Part shown: piece after piece, positions 1-12,591 of the stretch
Position numbering within the stretch: position 1 is the stretch's first letter
Layout of the letters: each line of letters opens with the position of its first letter
Assembly: GCA_028023455.1 (NCBI GenBank)
Contig: JAQFVV010000003.1
Span: forward strand, 2,976,001 to 3,040,000
Origin: Epiperipatus broadwayi
Taxonomy: Eukaryota; Animalia; Onychophora
Direction of reading: 5' to 3'
Length of the DNA: 64,000 bases
Translations under genes and position numbers: made by a program
The notes under the pieces: model-generated
Database searches by the model: none
What the model was told of the DNA's origin: nothing
What the model saw: the letters and a program-made list of their open reading frames with translations, nothing else

Positions 1-18
1 CCACCTAGTTCTGTAAAA

Positions 19-347
19 GTATTAAAACAGGCAAAACTCTCTATACATATTGCCACTCAATGCAAGCCAGAGAAATCAATGGATGCCAGAAGGCTTGTGC
101 ATAAAATCCCCATCTAGTGTCTACTCATCCAATATCCCCAGACTAGTTTCTGGCTTGTGGCCTTCATCAGTGAGGAATCTTGGATCTGAGAGTACTGCAC
201 CTAGATCTTAGGATCTAATGCAACCCTCCAGCAGCCACCTTTTATCTCTACTTAACTACAAAACTATGAGACTTAAATTGAAAACACCATAATATTTTCA
301 ATCCAAACTCATCTGGCAATATGTATAAAGTTTTGCCTGGTTTAATA
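19..347. repeat. ~330-bp unit bounded by ~35-bp inverted repeats, containing a hammerhead motif (PLE pLTR/retrozyme-like)
   Basis: TATTAAAACAGGCAAAACTCTCTATACATATTGCCA (~19-55) is the near reverse complement of TGGCAATATGTATAAAGTTTTGCCTGGTTTAATA (~313-347). GTTCTGTAAAAGTA occurs at ~9-22 and ~395-408. Related sequence at ~15652-15717. Confidence 0.55.
136..175 (-). ncRNA. Minimal type I hammerhead ribozyme motif
   Basis: Minus strand: CCUCA-CUGAUGA-AGGC-CACAA-GCCA-GAAA-C-UA-G-UC-UGGGG. Core CUGAUGA and GAAA intact, stem I CCUCA/UGGGG, stem II GGC/GCC, short palindromic stem III, GUC cleavage triplet. Confidence 0.65.
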
Positions 348-742
348 ACAGTTAAGAGCAAGCAAAAGAAATGGTGATCATGTGCTGTTTATTGGTTCTG
401 TAAAAGTAACCACAGCTTTCTTCATATTATAAATTTTTGTTTCACCATGGCCCTCCCCACTTTTCTTTTCTGGCACCATCAAGTGAATTGTACAATTTCG
501 GGATCTTTGGTAAATAAATTTGACTATAAAGATCATTGCTAGTTTTGTTTCACTTTGATTGAATTGCTTTCAATAATCATGAAGGATATAAATAATGACA
601 GCTTCTTTATTAATTTTGTGTTTTCAAATATAATTGATTTTTTTTTTTTTTTTACAGAAAAATATCTATTTATTATTTTTAAAACAGAGACTTCTTTAAA
701 GAAATAATAATAAAATAAACTTCTTAATAATGCTAATATTCA

Positions 743-925
<183 letters not shown>

Positions 926-1110
926 TTATATATTTCAGGGTAAAAGAAAATAATAAATGTTATTATATTCTAACATACATTCTGTGTACATATTGTATTT
1001 TAGAATTTAATAAATTAGGAAAACTCCATAATATAATTGAAATATAATAAACTATATGTAATTATATAATAATCTAAAAATTTTACAAGCACAGTGTTTA
1101 AACTGTAAAT

Positions 1111-1187
1111 ATGTAGAAGGTAATCAAACCCACACCAGCACAGTTAAACAAGATTTTAAAACTGCAAGGTTTGATTACTTTCTATAT
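1111..1187. repeat. Short inverted repeat (20-bp arms)
   Basis: ATGTAGAAGGTAATCAAACC (1111-1130) versus GGTTTGATTACTTTCTATAT (1168-1187), 2 transition mismatches. Confidence 0.6.
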
Positions 1188-2829
1188 AGTTGTAAGTAAT
1201 TATAAAAAAGCTTCTTAAATGAAGAAAATGTATTTCCATTCACGGGTTTAAGATATAACATTTACTTGGAAAAGGATACTCTTCTTGGAAAATACACTAA
1301 GATTACATTAATGTTATTTAATAACTGAAATACAGGCTTATTATATACCTGTATCAATATATGTAATATATAGGGTATATGAGCACAGACTTGAGATAGA
1401 GTAGAAAGTGGTGGATTAACATTATTTATATTTTTCTCTGCTTAAAAAGCATTTTTTTTTTATAATTGCATGTAGATTATTTTAGAATTTAGTACTAAAT
1501 AAACAGAAAGCTTAAACTATAAAATTTATAAAAACGATCACACATTAATCTTTCTAATATCATTATATACTGTGTATAGTATTTTTAACCAATATAACAA
1601 GAGTTGAGTTACGTAGATACCACTACTTTTAGTGTCATCTATCTTTATTACACATTAGTAAGTAATGGATGACAACGTCATCATTTTTTGCATCCTTTTA
1701 CGGTTTCTAATATTGAGTCTTTATCTAGGCAAAATATTTGCTAGACTAAAAAATGTACTATTCAGTAATTTTATTAATTATTAGTTAAACTGAAAATTTT
1801 AATTTAAGAATAATTTTAAATATCTATTAACTGTTTAATTTTTCTATAAATTATTCATGAATAAGTCATATATATTTTGAAAGTAAAACAATGAGGTGTG
1901 TGTTGTTGTTAATAAAAAGGTTTTAAAGATAGTGATAATAAGTAAAATATATTTATTCATGAACTTAAAGAGCATTTGGTTTTTAAATCAATTTTCTAAG
2001 ATCGCTTCTTTTATTTATGTTTTTATTATAACCTATAAATCTTAATTATGTTAAGAACTCATCCAAATTTGCGATAAGACTATAAATATTGAGATATTAG
2101 AATTATAATCAAATACACCAGTCTACTATCTCCATCTATCTGCAGACAAAGTAATTATTTTAACATTTATTTTACTTATGTAGCATTATTTTAAATATCA
2201 GCTATATATTTTTCATCTTATTGTAACTTTGTTTCTACATGGCAGATCCCAAAGCAATTATCTTTAAATATGTTTCTTTATTAAAGGGTAAATTAATATA
2301 ATTTATAAATAATACCACAATGAGTTTTGACTATGCCTATTCCCTAATCAGTAATTTAGCAAACATAATGGAATTCTAAAATTTAAAATGATTTATTAAT
2401 TAATCAAAAACTTTTGTCAGTTTATATTATATAATTCAATTTATGAAACCATGTTTCTCAGCAATCTCATTGTCTTTCTTACAATATAGCAGTTGAATGA
2501 GTAATTATGCTTTTCATTTAAATTATCTTTTTTATAATATAGGATCTAACTTCTGTGGATAAATAGCTATGAGATAAATAATTTTAAAATAGCCGATAGC
2601 AAGACAAAGATTTTCTTGCGCATCTCTCCATAAAAAACACACACACGCACAAGAATCAAAAACATTACTATCAGGTTAGCAAACTGCTGGTGCAAATTTT
2701 TATATCTCTTTCTAGTTTAACCTCTGGCTAAAAATAGCTAGATATCTATTCCTGACCTAGAATTAGTTGCTAATTGAGTAGGCTGTGGACCAGTTATCCG
2801 AAAAAATCCAAAATTTTGCTTGAAAATCT

Positions 2830-5550
2830 TTGGTTATGTGAAGAAATTGATGATGTAAATAATAATAATGGACAGCTTTTGAAAAAATTTTGTCAGAGAG
2901 TGAATTTCACACAATAGATTATGTATTGGTAGAGAAAGAGGGAATGAATAAAGTACGGAAAATTAAGGTGTTTGATAACGAAAAGAAAGTATGTACTAGT
3001 GATCATAACTTCATTGTAATTGAAACGGTTAGTAATGTGATGGAGAATAGAAATAAAAGTAGAAATAATAGTGAAAGATGTGGATGGAGAGTGAATAAGT
3101 TGAAAATATAAAATACAAGTTGCAGAAATCATGAAAGAGTTGGTTGGGGGTGAGTATAGAAAAAATGGCAAATACGGTTTTAGGTGAGAATATTCAGAAG
3201 AATAAAATTAATAAAAAAATGAAAATTAATAAAAGTGTAAAAGATAGGAAAGAAGCATGTAGAGAATATAAGTGTGCTATTAAGAATAGGGTATGTGAAA
3301 AAGATATTAATGCTAAATGGGAAAAGTACTTAGAAAAGAAGAAATTGGCTAAAATAGATAATTATAGAGAGAGAATGAAATTGAATAGTAAATTGTTGGG
3401 GGATATTAATAAAAGTGGAAGAGATGGAAGTAAAAAATTTTAGAATTACATTAAAAGGAGAAATGTAGGGGAGAGAGATATACTATTACTAGATGATGAT
3501 GGAATAGAGTGTAGCTCTAGAGAAGACTTAGAGAGAATCTTAAATAGATATGTAATGGATATAGAAAAGATGTTAGATGTGAAGGATAGAGTGATAAAAA
3601 ACATGAAAGCATAAGTAATGAGAATATTAGGTTTACAAAATATGAAATGAATGAGGTAGAGAAGAAATTGAAAAGTGGAAAGGCAAGAGGTTTAGATGGA
3701 TGGGCAGCAAAGATGGTAATGAATTTAGAGTAAAAGTAAAGTTATTATCATGTTTTAATAAGATGACACAGAATAGAGTTTTTCTGAGTAGTTGAAGTAA
3801 TACAAGAGTAAGATTATTATTTAAAGAAAAGGGTAAGAATCATAGAAAGTTAAATCATTAGACAGATAGCGGTAACATAAGTTTTATATAAAGTTTTCTC
3901 ATATATGGTGGCTAGAAGCATTGTAAAATGGATGGAATGGAATAATGTAGTGGGGAAATGCAAGGAGGTTTTAGATTAGATAGGCATATAGGAGATAGTT
4001 TATTTGTAGTTACACAACTTAGGGATATGAGTAGAATTCAGGTAGACAGTTATATATAAGTTTTATGGATATAGAGAAGGCATATGATAGAGTAAATAGA
4101 AATAGATTATGGGTAAGTTTAGCAAATTTGGGAATGGATGAATAGAATCAGTTAAAGTTAAAAATGGGGTGGGACTAAGGCAAGGATGCCTTATGTCACT
4201 TATTCTGTTTTTGTTGTATTTGAATGAAATGGAAAGACAATAGAAAGATGAGGAAGAAGGATAGAGATACTGTTAATAGGTGGCAAGGAGTATATACTTT
4301 GTCAGGTCTTTTTTTGCAGATGATATCTTTTTGTGTGGAGAAAGAAGAGAAGATATGGAAGTTGTGCTGAGGAAATGTGCAAGGGTGGGTAAAGAGATGG
4401 GAATTAAATTTAGTGAAGTAAAATCAAATATAATGATGATTAATACTGGGAAAAGAGAAGTTATGGAATTTTTACTGGAGGATATAAAGTTAAGTGTGGT
4501 GAATAGATATAGTTATTTGGAAATTATCTTAAGTAATCAGAAAAATTGTTTGGCTGAATGGGAGAAAAAATTGATAAATGAAGCAAAGAAAAAAAAAGGG
4601 ATTGATAATGAAATTAACAGTATTTTCATATAATAAATATGATGTAGCTAGAATTATATGGGAGTTACAGTAGCAAGGTTAACATATGGTAATGATGTGT
4701 TAGTAAAGGGGTATTAGATATCTTAGAAAAAGTACAAAGGGAAGTAGGAAGACATGCATTAGATGCAGAGGTGTGGACAGCAAAGGAAGCAATTCAAGGA
4801 GAAATGGGATGGTCAAGTTTTTATATGAGAGATGCAAAAAGTAAAATAAAAATGTTTGGTAGATTGCAGTTTATGGATAATAAAAGAATAGCCAAAATAG
4901 TATTTAATTGAGTTATGAGTAAAGGGCAGGCAACAAGATGGGTGAGAAAGATAATGCAGTATGCAAAAGATTTGGATAAAGAATTTATATCAGTATATTT
5001 GTACAAAAGGTGGGATGATTGTGTTAGGAAGATTGTTGAGTGTTACAGTATTAAGGAATGGGATAAAAGAATAGATTCATTAATAAAGAATTAGAGAGAT
5101 GGAGAACTAGTATGGAGAGTAAAAAGAGTTTAAATATATATATAGAAGTAAACAGAACATTAGGTGTGAAGGAAAGTAGTTTATTGTTTAAGGCTCGAAC
5201 GGGATCTTTAGCAACAAAAGAATATACATGTAAATGGAAAAATGTGGGTAATTTAGTCTGTAAATTGTGTAAGGAAGGAATAGAAAATATTAGGCATATG
5301 TTAATTGAATGTAAATGCTTGAAAACAGAAAGGGTACAAATAATGAGGTTATAAAGAATAAATATGAAAAAAGTGATTATACAGAAAGTGGGTTATTGGT
5401 TTTTATGCTGGGTTTGGGAAAAGATTTGGGGGATTTAGATATAAAGGCCATAGAGTTGACAAAGATTATGTTGTGGAAATGGGATGGAGCAGAATATGGG
5501 AAAACTTAGAGTGGGGAATGGAAGGTAAAGTGGCTAATGCCAATTCTCCT
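2830..5550 (+). mobile_element. 5'-truncated, decayed APE-type non-LTR retrotransposon (LINE)
   Basis: APE C-terminal motifs TIDYVLV and TSDHN (ORF 2890-3111). RT motifs DIEKAYDRV, GLRQGC and FADD (~4060-4330). C-terminal LFKARTGSL...CKLC...RHMLIEC zinc knuckle (ORF 5112-5354). Many stops and frameshifts. Collinear with the 56.7-60 kb copy. Confidence 0.9.
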
Positions 5551-8500
5551 AATTTCTCCCTCCCCCTCTTTAAAAGAAAGTCAATGAGTGGTTCTGAAAT
5601 ATTATGGATTATCATATTAAACTGATAAATAGAACTATTTACCATTATCATGAGTAGTTTCTACAATTTTTTTCTTTTTGCATTTTCCTCTCAACCCAAT
5701 ATTCTTATATTTTCTCAACCAAATTTATATTTGTTGGTACAATAATAGTCTGCTATTCTAGATACATCCATTTTTTCTTCCCATATTGTTGTTTGTTCTT
5801 TTAATCATTTTTTTCATGGAGCAGTTAGTTCTATACTGTATGTCATTCCATACTCACATGAAATTTTTTGAATTTATGATCCAATTGGGGAAATACAAAA
5901 ATAGTGGACTGAGAGGGAAAAAAATAAGAAAATTTTTAAAAATTGCTCAGATGGCAATGCCAAATAATTCCATAAGTCAACCTAGTGTAATAATTCAAAA
6001 TATTGGGAAACCTCTATTTAATATTACACTTTTAAAAAATAGAAAAATCAGGAAAGTCTTAATAGATAAATACATAAAATTTCTATTGATTGATGCCTAA
6101 ACCTAATTGCTTAAAACATCACTTTAAATTAAATATTCATCAATCTAAAGATCACTAATTTGATTCCTATGCTAATACTGTCATTAATGAGGCTAAGAAC
6201 ATTTGAAGAAGAAAAATAACATTTGAAAATTGTGTTAATCAAATGCACTTACATAACAGCTAAATGTGTTTGGAAAAGATTTACGTAAGTTAAAATTTTT
6301 CTAAAAATATTTAACAATTCAAAATGATGAAAATAATCCAATACATAACTATAAATATACATAATTTTTGTAAATTATGTGTTACTTTTTAACACAAACA
6401 AAAATGTAATACTTTTCAAACAAAGTGAATGTAAAATCTTTTGGTCATTGAAAGATTTAGTATTATCTGTAGGTAAAGAAATTTCTATTTTTTAAATCCT
6501 CCAAATAAACTTTTTTAATTACTGATATATACATATATAAAGAAATATGTTTAGAGATAAAACATTGATAAGCGTTACTGAATTAGAAAATGATTAATTA
6601 AAAAGTAAGGAACAAGTATAATTAATTAGTTCTAGAACATTCCACATTACAGGGGAAACATAAAAACTCGGAGATAAGCAAATTGGAGTCTTACTAAAAA
6701 CTTGCATTGCTGCAGCTGATCATTGCTGACAGAAGATACAGAATGGCCTGAGTGTATGGGGAGATCCAATGAACTCCACCATGGAAGGTACCAAAGTGGA
6801 CACACATTGGTTTTATTATAATTTTTGTATGCCTCATTGTCTCGTATGTAATAACATTGATATGTATAAATTGTAAATATATTAAGCTGTTGGTAAAATC
6901 TTATTATTAGTAACTTGTGGCAAATAAAGTCACTAATTATTTATAAAACCTTATTTCTGAATTACTTTTATTTCTGTTGGTCTGACCAGCTTTACCCCTG
7001 ATTGTAGTATTCATGAGGGTTGTACACAGCAATAACAAATTCTGAAATTTAAAAAAAAAAAAATCTAGGTTACAAAAAATTCATTAAATCATTTTAAAAA
7101 AAATAGAAAGCAGTTTTATATACTCATTACACAATTTATATCTCTTTTGAACAGAACCATGAATTTCTAGTTTATACACCAAAAGTCGTCATGATATATG
7201 GGAGAGCTAATGTTAATTTCCAAGTCCTACATGAATTTTTTGTTCTGGGATGAAATATTATATACTAACCAATGGTTACAATTTTTCTTCACTTCTTAAT
7301 TCTTTATGTATTGATTATATTTTGTTCATAAATATTATTTAATACACTTTTTTTTTAATTATTTTTACAAAGCAATACATTTTATTTAAATTTCAGAATT
7401 AAAATAATCTAATGAAGATTGCCAGACCATTAAAACTGTAAGAAATATCACGAAATAAATAAAATAAGCTATATTGTAAAAATAATAAATAAAATTATGT
7501 TAAATGCTATTATATGAATAACAAATGGTTGTTTTTTCTCTGTCTTGATATGAATCATTTGATTAACTAATTTTGTTACATATTTTTAAGGATGTTTTGA
7601 TATATTGACATCTAGAGTGTGTTTTATAATTAAATTTCACTTTCAGATTTAAGTAGGATACCCTGTACAATTAATATTTTTTTATTTACTATCAAGATGC
7701 AGTATTAATCCTCCTCACCCAATTAAAACATTACTGTCTGATACCTCTTTACCAAAAGATTTCAAAAAGTAGAGATTTAATGTGAACCCATGATTTGGAC
7801 TTCAGTGCAGGAGAACAGATTTTTTTCTCAGGTAGTAGAAAATTTTTCAAATAAGATTTTTTTTCAATAGTAGGATTTGGATCATTGCCAATCTAGAAAG
7901 CCATCTAATTATTGGTTAGTAAATGGGTATTTAGTTATTCTGAGCTGGAAAATAAACACAAATAAAAATTATAAAATCACCTTTAACTAGCAGAATATTA
8001 CCCTCACACTAATATTTGTTTCTTTATTGTTCCTTTGTAAAGAAATCTTGGACATTTTCTTTACAGTGAATCGGTTTATTTAAAATTGCTTTAACTTTTC
8101 ACCAAATATTGTTTAGTAAGTGGATACTGAACTCTTCTTAGATAGAAAATAAAACAAGGGATGGAAAATTGTTCAAACTATCATTACCCGGCAATTTACA
8201 ATTCTAGGGAAAACTGATTTTCTCTTTACTATTTCTTCGTGAATAGCTGATGGAGAGATCTTTGCACATCAGTAGAATACTTAGGAAGTAATTTTATCTT
8301 TATCTAAATATATATGTACGTGTGTAATTCATTATAAATATAATTCGCCTTTTTTAAAAAGACATTTATCTTGATTAAATGAAGTATATTAAATCGTATT
8401 AAACAACAAATAAAATATATTTGATAAATGAAGTTGCACATACGTTACATTTATAGAGATTTTCAAGTATCAATTTTAACTATTTCAATAATTAATAATT

Positions 8501-8981
8501 ATTATTATTTATTAAGCATCAAGAAACTTTTTTTAAAAAAAAAAATATTGATTTACAGTATTTTTAAACAACAGTTATTAGGCAGCAAACTTTCTACTTA
8601 TTTTCATCCTTTTTTTTATTTTTATATAATTTCAATCACTTAAAAATCATTGCTTTTTCTCCAAGATGGCAGTAGTAAAAAAAGCCAATTATATTTTCAT
8701 GTGAACTCCCACTAAACTGAATAAACGTGCATGAAATATTAGAATATTGTTAATGTATGAGGGTCAATTATATACAATTTATCCCTCTTAATTTATACTA
8801 TCTGAAAGTTTAATCTTACCCTCCTTTTATAAAGTCCAAGAATGTTGGCTGTTCCTGAATAGTACAGGTTGATAAAATAATCTGAAATAAAAAAATTCAA
8901 CATATTATTAATCATCAAAATATCGTATATATTTTTTTATATACATTTTTGTCATATCCTTTCAGAAATTCTCATTATCCA

Positions 8982-9306
8982 CTAGAGCCATCTATTGTAA
9001 GCTTGGGCAATTAATATACACCTTCCAACTAAATAGTGAAAGGTGCTTATATTTAGCATTAAAATGAGACCACTAAAATATGTAATTACTGGGTATAAAT
9101 ACGTACAAATCAGCTGGAGTTAAAATCCTTGGGATGTTTTCTTTTTGTTGTTTCAAGCTATTTGCATGATAACATGGAGAAGTAAAATATTGTTGTTAAC
9201 TGCTAAAGTGCCTTAGATCCAAACTTTTTACTATTATTCCAGTTACTAGTCTAGGAAGTTGACATAGTAGCTCCATCACTCAAGCTTACAATAGATGGGG
9301 CTCTAG
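8982..9306. mobile_element. Possible MITE / inverted-repeat element
   Basis: CTAGAGC--CATCTATTGTAAGCTTGGG (8982-9007) versus CTCAAGCTTACAATAGATGGGGCTCTAG (9279-9306). No clear TSD. Confidence 0.5.
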
Positions 9307-9643
9307 AATAGGAATATGGCTCTTGGAAACATATAATTTATGAGAAGTCTTGTGGTATTATTATTAATCCTATCATCTATATCCAGTGATTACTCTAATC
9401 TATAATAGATGGCTAAAAACAGTATTCTTGAAAGATTATAATTATCATAAAAAATTAAAATATAAATGATTAATAATTATTGTTTTCCTGAAAGTTTGTG
9501 ATCATGGTGTTCTAATTGTATTTTTATATTGAACTATTTCCATCATTTAATATAAATATTGAATGTCTTTAGAAAAATTTAACTTTATTTAAATATTCCA
9601 AATACATTCAACTGTTAGTAATAGCACATCAAACAGGTTAGTA

Positions 9644-10509
9644 CAGTGGTGCCCAACCTTTAACTTGACGCGAGCCAGTTGAGAATTTAAAAAAATTTGG
9701 GGAGCCACAATTATATATTACATTTTTCATATTACATTTATAAACATGGTACTTGGGTACTAAACCTGCAATGTAGGAAGATATGGGGGGGGGTGGCCTA
9801 TTCACATTGGTATCAATCCGCCGTTTCTAATGTGGCCAAAATAACGTGTACACGGATCTTTCTCGATGAAAACATCAATATATACAGCAAAATATATATG
9901 TGTACACGAATCTATCTCGATAAAAACAACTATTTACAGCACTAAACATCAATATATATATATACAGCAAAATATATACATGTACACGGATAAAAACAAC
10001 TGTTTACAGCACTAAACATCGATATATACAGCAAAATATATACGTGTACATGGATTTATCTCGATAAAAACTATTTCCAGCACTAAACACAATATATATA
10101 CAGCACCAAACCAAACGTCTACAAGGATCTTTCTCGATAAAAACAACAATATATACAAGAGCACTAAACACAATATATATATAGCACCAAACCAAACGTG
10201 TACAGCAAAAAAAAAAAATGGTGTAATATGTTAAAAAGAAAAAAAAATGTAAATACATTTTATTTATTAAAAATTTGATAACATACATATAAATTACAAT
10301 TACAGGAAAAATATATTTTATTTAATGTGAAACCTGACACTGCATATCGTTATTGTTTGTATTGTAAAAATGTTTATTTTTTAGTGTGTGCATGAGCCAT
10401 CAAGGAACATAAAATATTTTATCAATTTTTTTGAAGAGTGCAATTCGAGCCACATTAAACAGTTACGCGAGCCACATGTGACTCGCGAGCTACGGGTTGG
10501 GCATCCCTG
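9644..10509. mobile_element. Non-autonomous hAT-superfamily MITE
   Basis: TIRs CAGTGGTGCCCAACC / GGTTGGGCATCCCTG. Perfect 8-bp TSD GGTTAGTA (9636-9643 and 10510-10517). Subterminal GAGCCAC motifs; CpGs retained. Confidence 0.9.
9845..10205. repeat. Internal minisatellite of the hAT MITE (~5 units of 55-80 bp)
   Basis: Repeated GTACACGGATCTTTCTCGATAAAAAC...CAGCACTAAACA...ATATACAGCA units. Confidence 0.85.
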
Positions 10510-10514
10510 GGTTA

Positions 10515-10566
10515 GTATATGCCCAATGTTTTGAGAGGTATTATTCTCCCTTCTTCTTCAGTATAC
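10515..10566 (-). ncRNA. Degenerate type I hammerhead in the PLE pLTR
   Basis: GUAUA-CUGAAGA-AGAAGGGAGAAUAAUACCUCUC-AAAA(GAAA)-CAUUGG-GCA-UAUAC. The homologous copy at ~45.1 kb keeps UCGAAA and GUA. Confidence 0.45.
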
Positions 10567-10579
10567 CAATGACAGTACT

Positions 10580-10661
10580 AGCATGGGATTTGAATCTGAA
10601 CCCTTAGATTCTTGAGTATTGAATTTTAATGTAACATTCTAACCAAACTGACCATCCTGCC
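10580..10661 (-). promoter_or_regulatory. tRNA-derived Pol III A/B-box module within the PLE pLTR
   Basis: A-box-like TGGTCAGTTTGG (10654-10643) and B-box-like GATTCAAATCC (~10596-10586). The 45.2 kb homolog has TAGCTCAGTTGGTTAGAG and GTTCAACTCC. Confidence 0.65.
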
Positions 10662-10839
10662 AAAGATAACAGTCAGTAGAGATTTCATATACTTATCTCT
10701 AAGGTTCCTCATGATTTTTCCACTTTTTCCTAAGAGCAAAGTTGATTAGTGTTTTCCATACATTATGTATAGTCAAACTAGATTGGCTTGTGGGATTTTT
10801 TGCCATTGTCATGTGAGCAGCTTCTTTAAATTTTTTTCT

Positions 10840-11061
10840 TTATACCTTTTGTTCTTTATCCAATATTTTTGTATTTTCCCAATTGAACATATGTTCACTG
10901 GTATATACATGGTCTGCTATCTTAGACACATCTATTTTCTCTCTTCTAATCATCAGTTTGGGTTCTTGCAAGTGATTTTCAATGGGATGACTGGTCTCAC
11001 CAATATATGTTCTCCCACATTCACATGGTATTTCATAGATGCAGTTTTTTCTTTTCAGCAT
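10840..11061 (-). pseudogene. GIY-YIG endonuclease fragment of PLE
   Basis: IYEIPCECGRTYIGETS...KIADH...HMFNWENTKILDKE. Confidence 0.85.
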
Positions 11062-11213
11062 TTCAAGTGTAGGCTTTGTAGATGTTAAAATTCCTCATAC
11101 TGTGGTATGGTTTTGGAAAGCTGTTCTAGTGTTATACTGATTGCAGATTTTCCTTAATATGTCTATTTTTGGATACTAGTACCAATAATTGTCTTTTCTC
11201 TTGATGATTCCTT

Positions 11214-12591
11214 TTATTGTCTATTTAATGTTTTCTTAATAACAGCTGATGGAAGACTATTTTTCATAAGAGTTTGTTCTATATAAATATTTTCTTTTTC
11301 CATATTGCTGTTTTCTGAACAAACTTCTTTTGCTCTGTTCCAAAGTGATAGTATAACTCCATGTTTTGTGTTTCTGGTGTGATTTGATGTATAGGCTAGA
11401 TATTTTCCTGTATGTATAGGTTTTTGGCAAACTGTAGTTTTGATTTTGCCATGAGGGAGTCTTGTCATAAGAACATCTTGTTCCAATTCTATTGTGAATT
11501 TAATTGATGGGGATATGTTGTTGATGTGTTTCCAGAAAGTTTGTAGCAGTACTTCACCATGTGGCCATACAACGAATGTATCATCAACATACCAAAGCCA
11601 GACTTTAATTAGATATAGAGTAGTTTTTATGGCTAAGGTTTCAAGTTCTTCCATGTAAATATTGCTAATCAGGAGAGACAATGATGAGCTCATGTTGGAA
11701 GAATTCTGTGTTATATTAAAAGTAGGTTGTTTTTATGAAGAATGTTAATAGATCCATTAAGCCATCAATAGGAAGAGCTGTTCTGGTTTGTAAACTATTA
11801 TCACCATTTAATCTTTTCCTTACAATAGACAATGCTTATTCACATGGTACATTTGTGAATAAACTTTCCACATCAAAGCTTATCAGTAAGTTAGTTCTTT
11901 CAATTTTCATGTTCTTGATTAATTCTATAAAGTGTCTAGAATCCCTGGCAAAGGACTGGGTTTTGTATGCCAAAGGACTTAGAACTTTGAGAAGAAATCT
12001 TGCCAAATTTTAGTAAGGAGAATCTCTAGAACTAACAATAAGTCTTAATGGAACATAATCCTTATGGATTTTAGGTAGACCATAAAAATGAGAAATTTTG
12101 CTGAAATATGGTGTTATTTTACTTTTTTCTGATTCAGTGAAATACCTGTGATATTCTGATTCAGTGAAGTACCTGCGATGCTTTCTGAGTAATACTTGTA
12201 ACTTTGTTAACATACTTGGTATCGGATTTTTTGCCACTTTTCTATATTGGCCTACTATGAGAAATTCTAGTATTTAATTGTCACAATCAGTTATATCCAT
12301 TACAACAGTTACATTGTCTTTGTCATCAGGGAGAATAATTATAGATTTATCTACTTTGAAAGATTTAATTGATTTCCTCTCACCATAAGATATGTTTGAC
12401 TTCAAGTTTTGTTGCTTGTCAAATATTCTTTTTATTTTCCAGCATAATTCTGCTGCTTCTTCTAAAAGCAATTTTTGAGTGACTTCCTCGGTGGCTGCCA
12501 TTATATCTAATAAAGGATTATTAGATAGTATTATGGCAAAGTTTACACCAAATCTTAAGATTTGGAAATATAAGTAGAAGTTCTGGGGCAA
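11214..12591 (-). pseudogene. PLE reverse transcriptase, frameshifted
   Basis: ORF pieces 12274-12591 (IIILPDDKDNVTVVMD), 12010-12237 (FYGLPKIHK) and 11214-11693 (ISNIYMEELE...YVDD...KFTIELE...KPIHTGKYL). Confidence 0.85.

Noticed and set aside
6650-6930. Relatively GC-rich stretch followed by AATAAA; possible terminal exon or retrocopy
   Set aside because: No long open frame or recognisable protein, and splice signals are weak.
7640-7680. Faint resemblance to the 28S rRNA 5' end
   Set aside because: Too short and divergent, with no continuing rRNA sequence.
9480-9630. Initially read (with 21.9, 45.0 and 63.3 kb) as a long-TIR MITE family
   Set aside because: The sequence is contiguous with the PLE pLTR and contains the PLE ORF start.
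9845-10205. Repeat array considered as a possible CRISPR
   Set aside because: Eukaryotic context, no unique spacers and no cas genes; it is a MITE-internal minisatellite.
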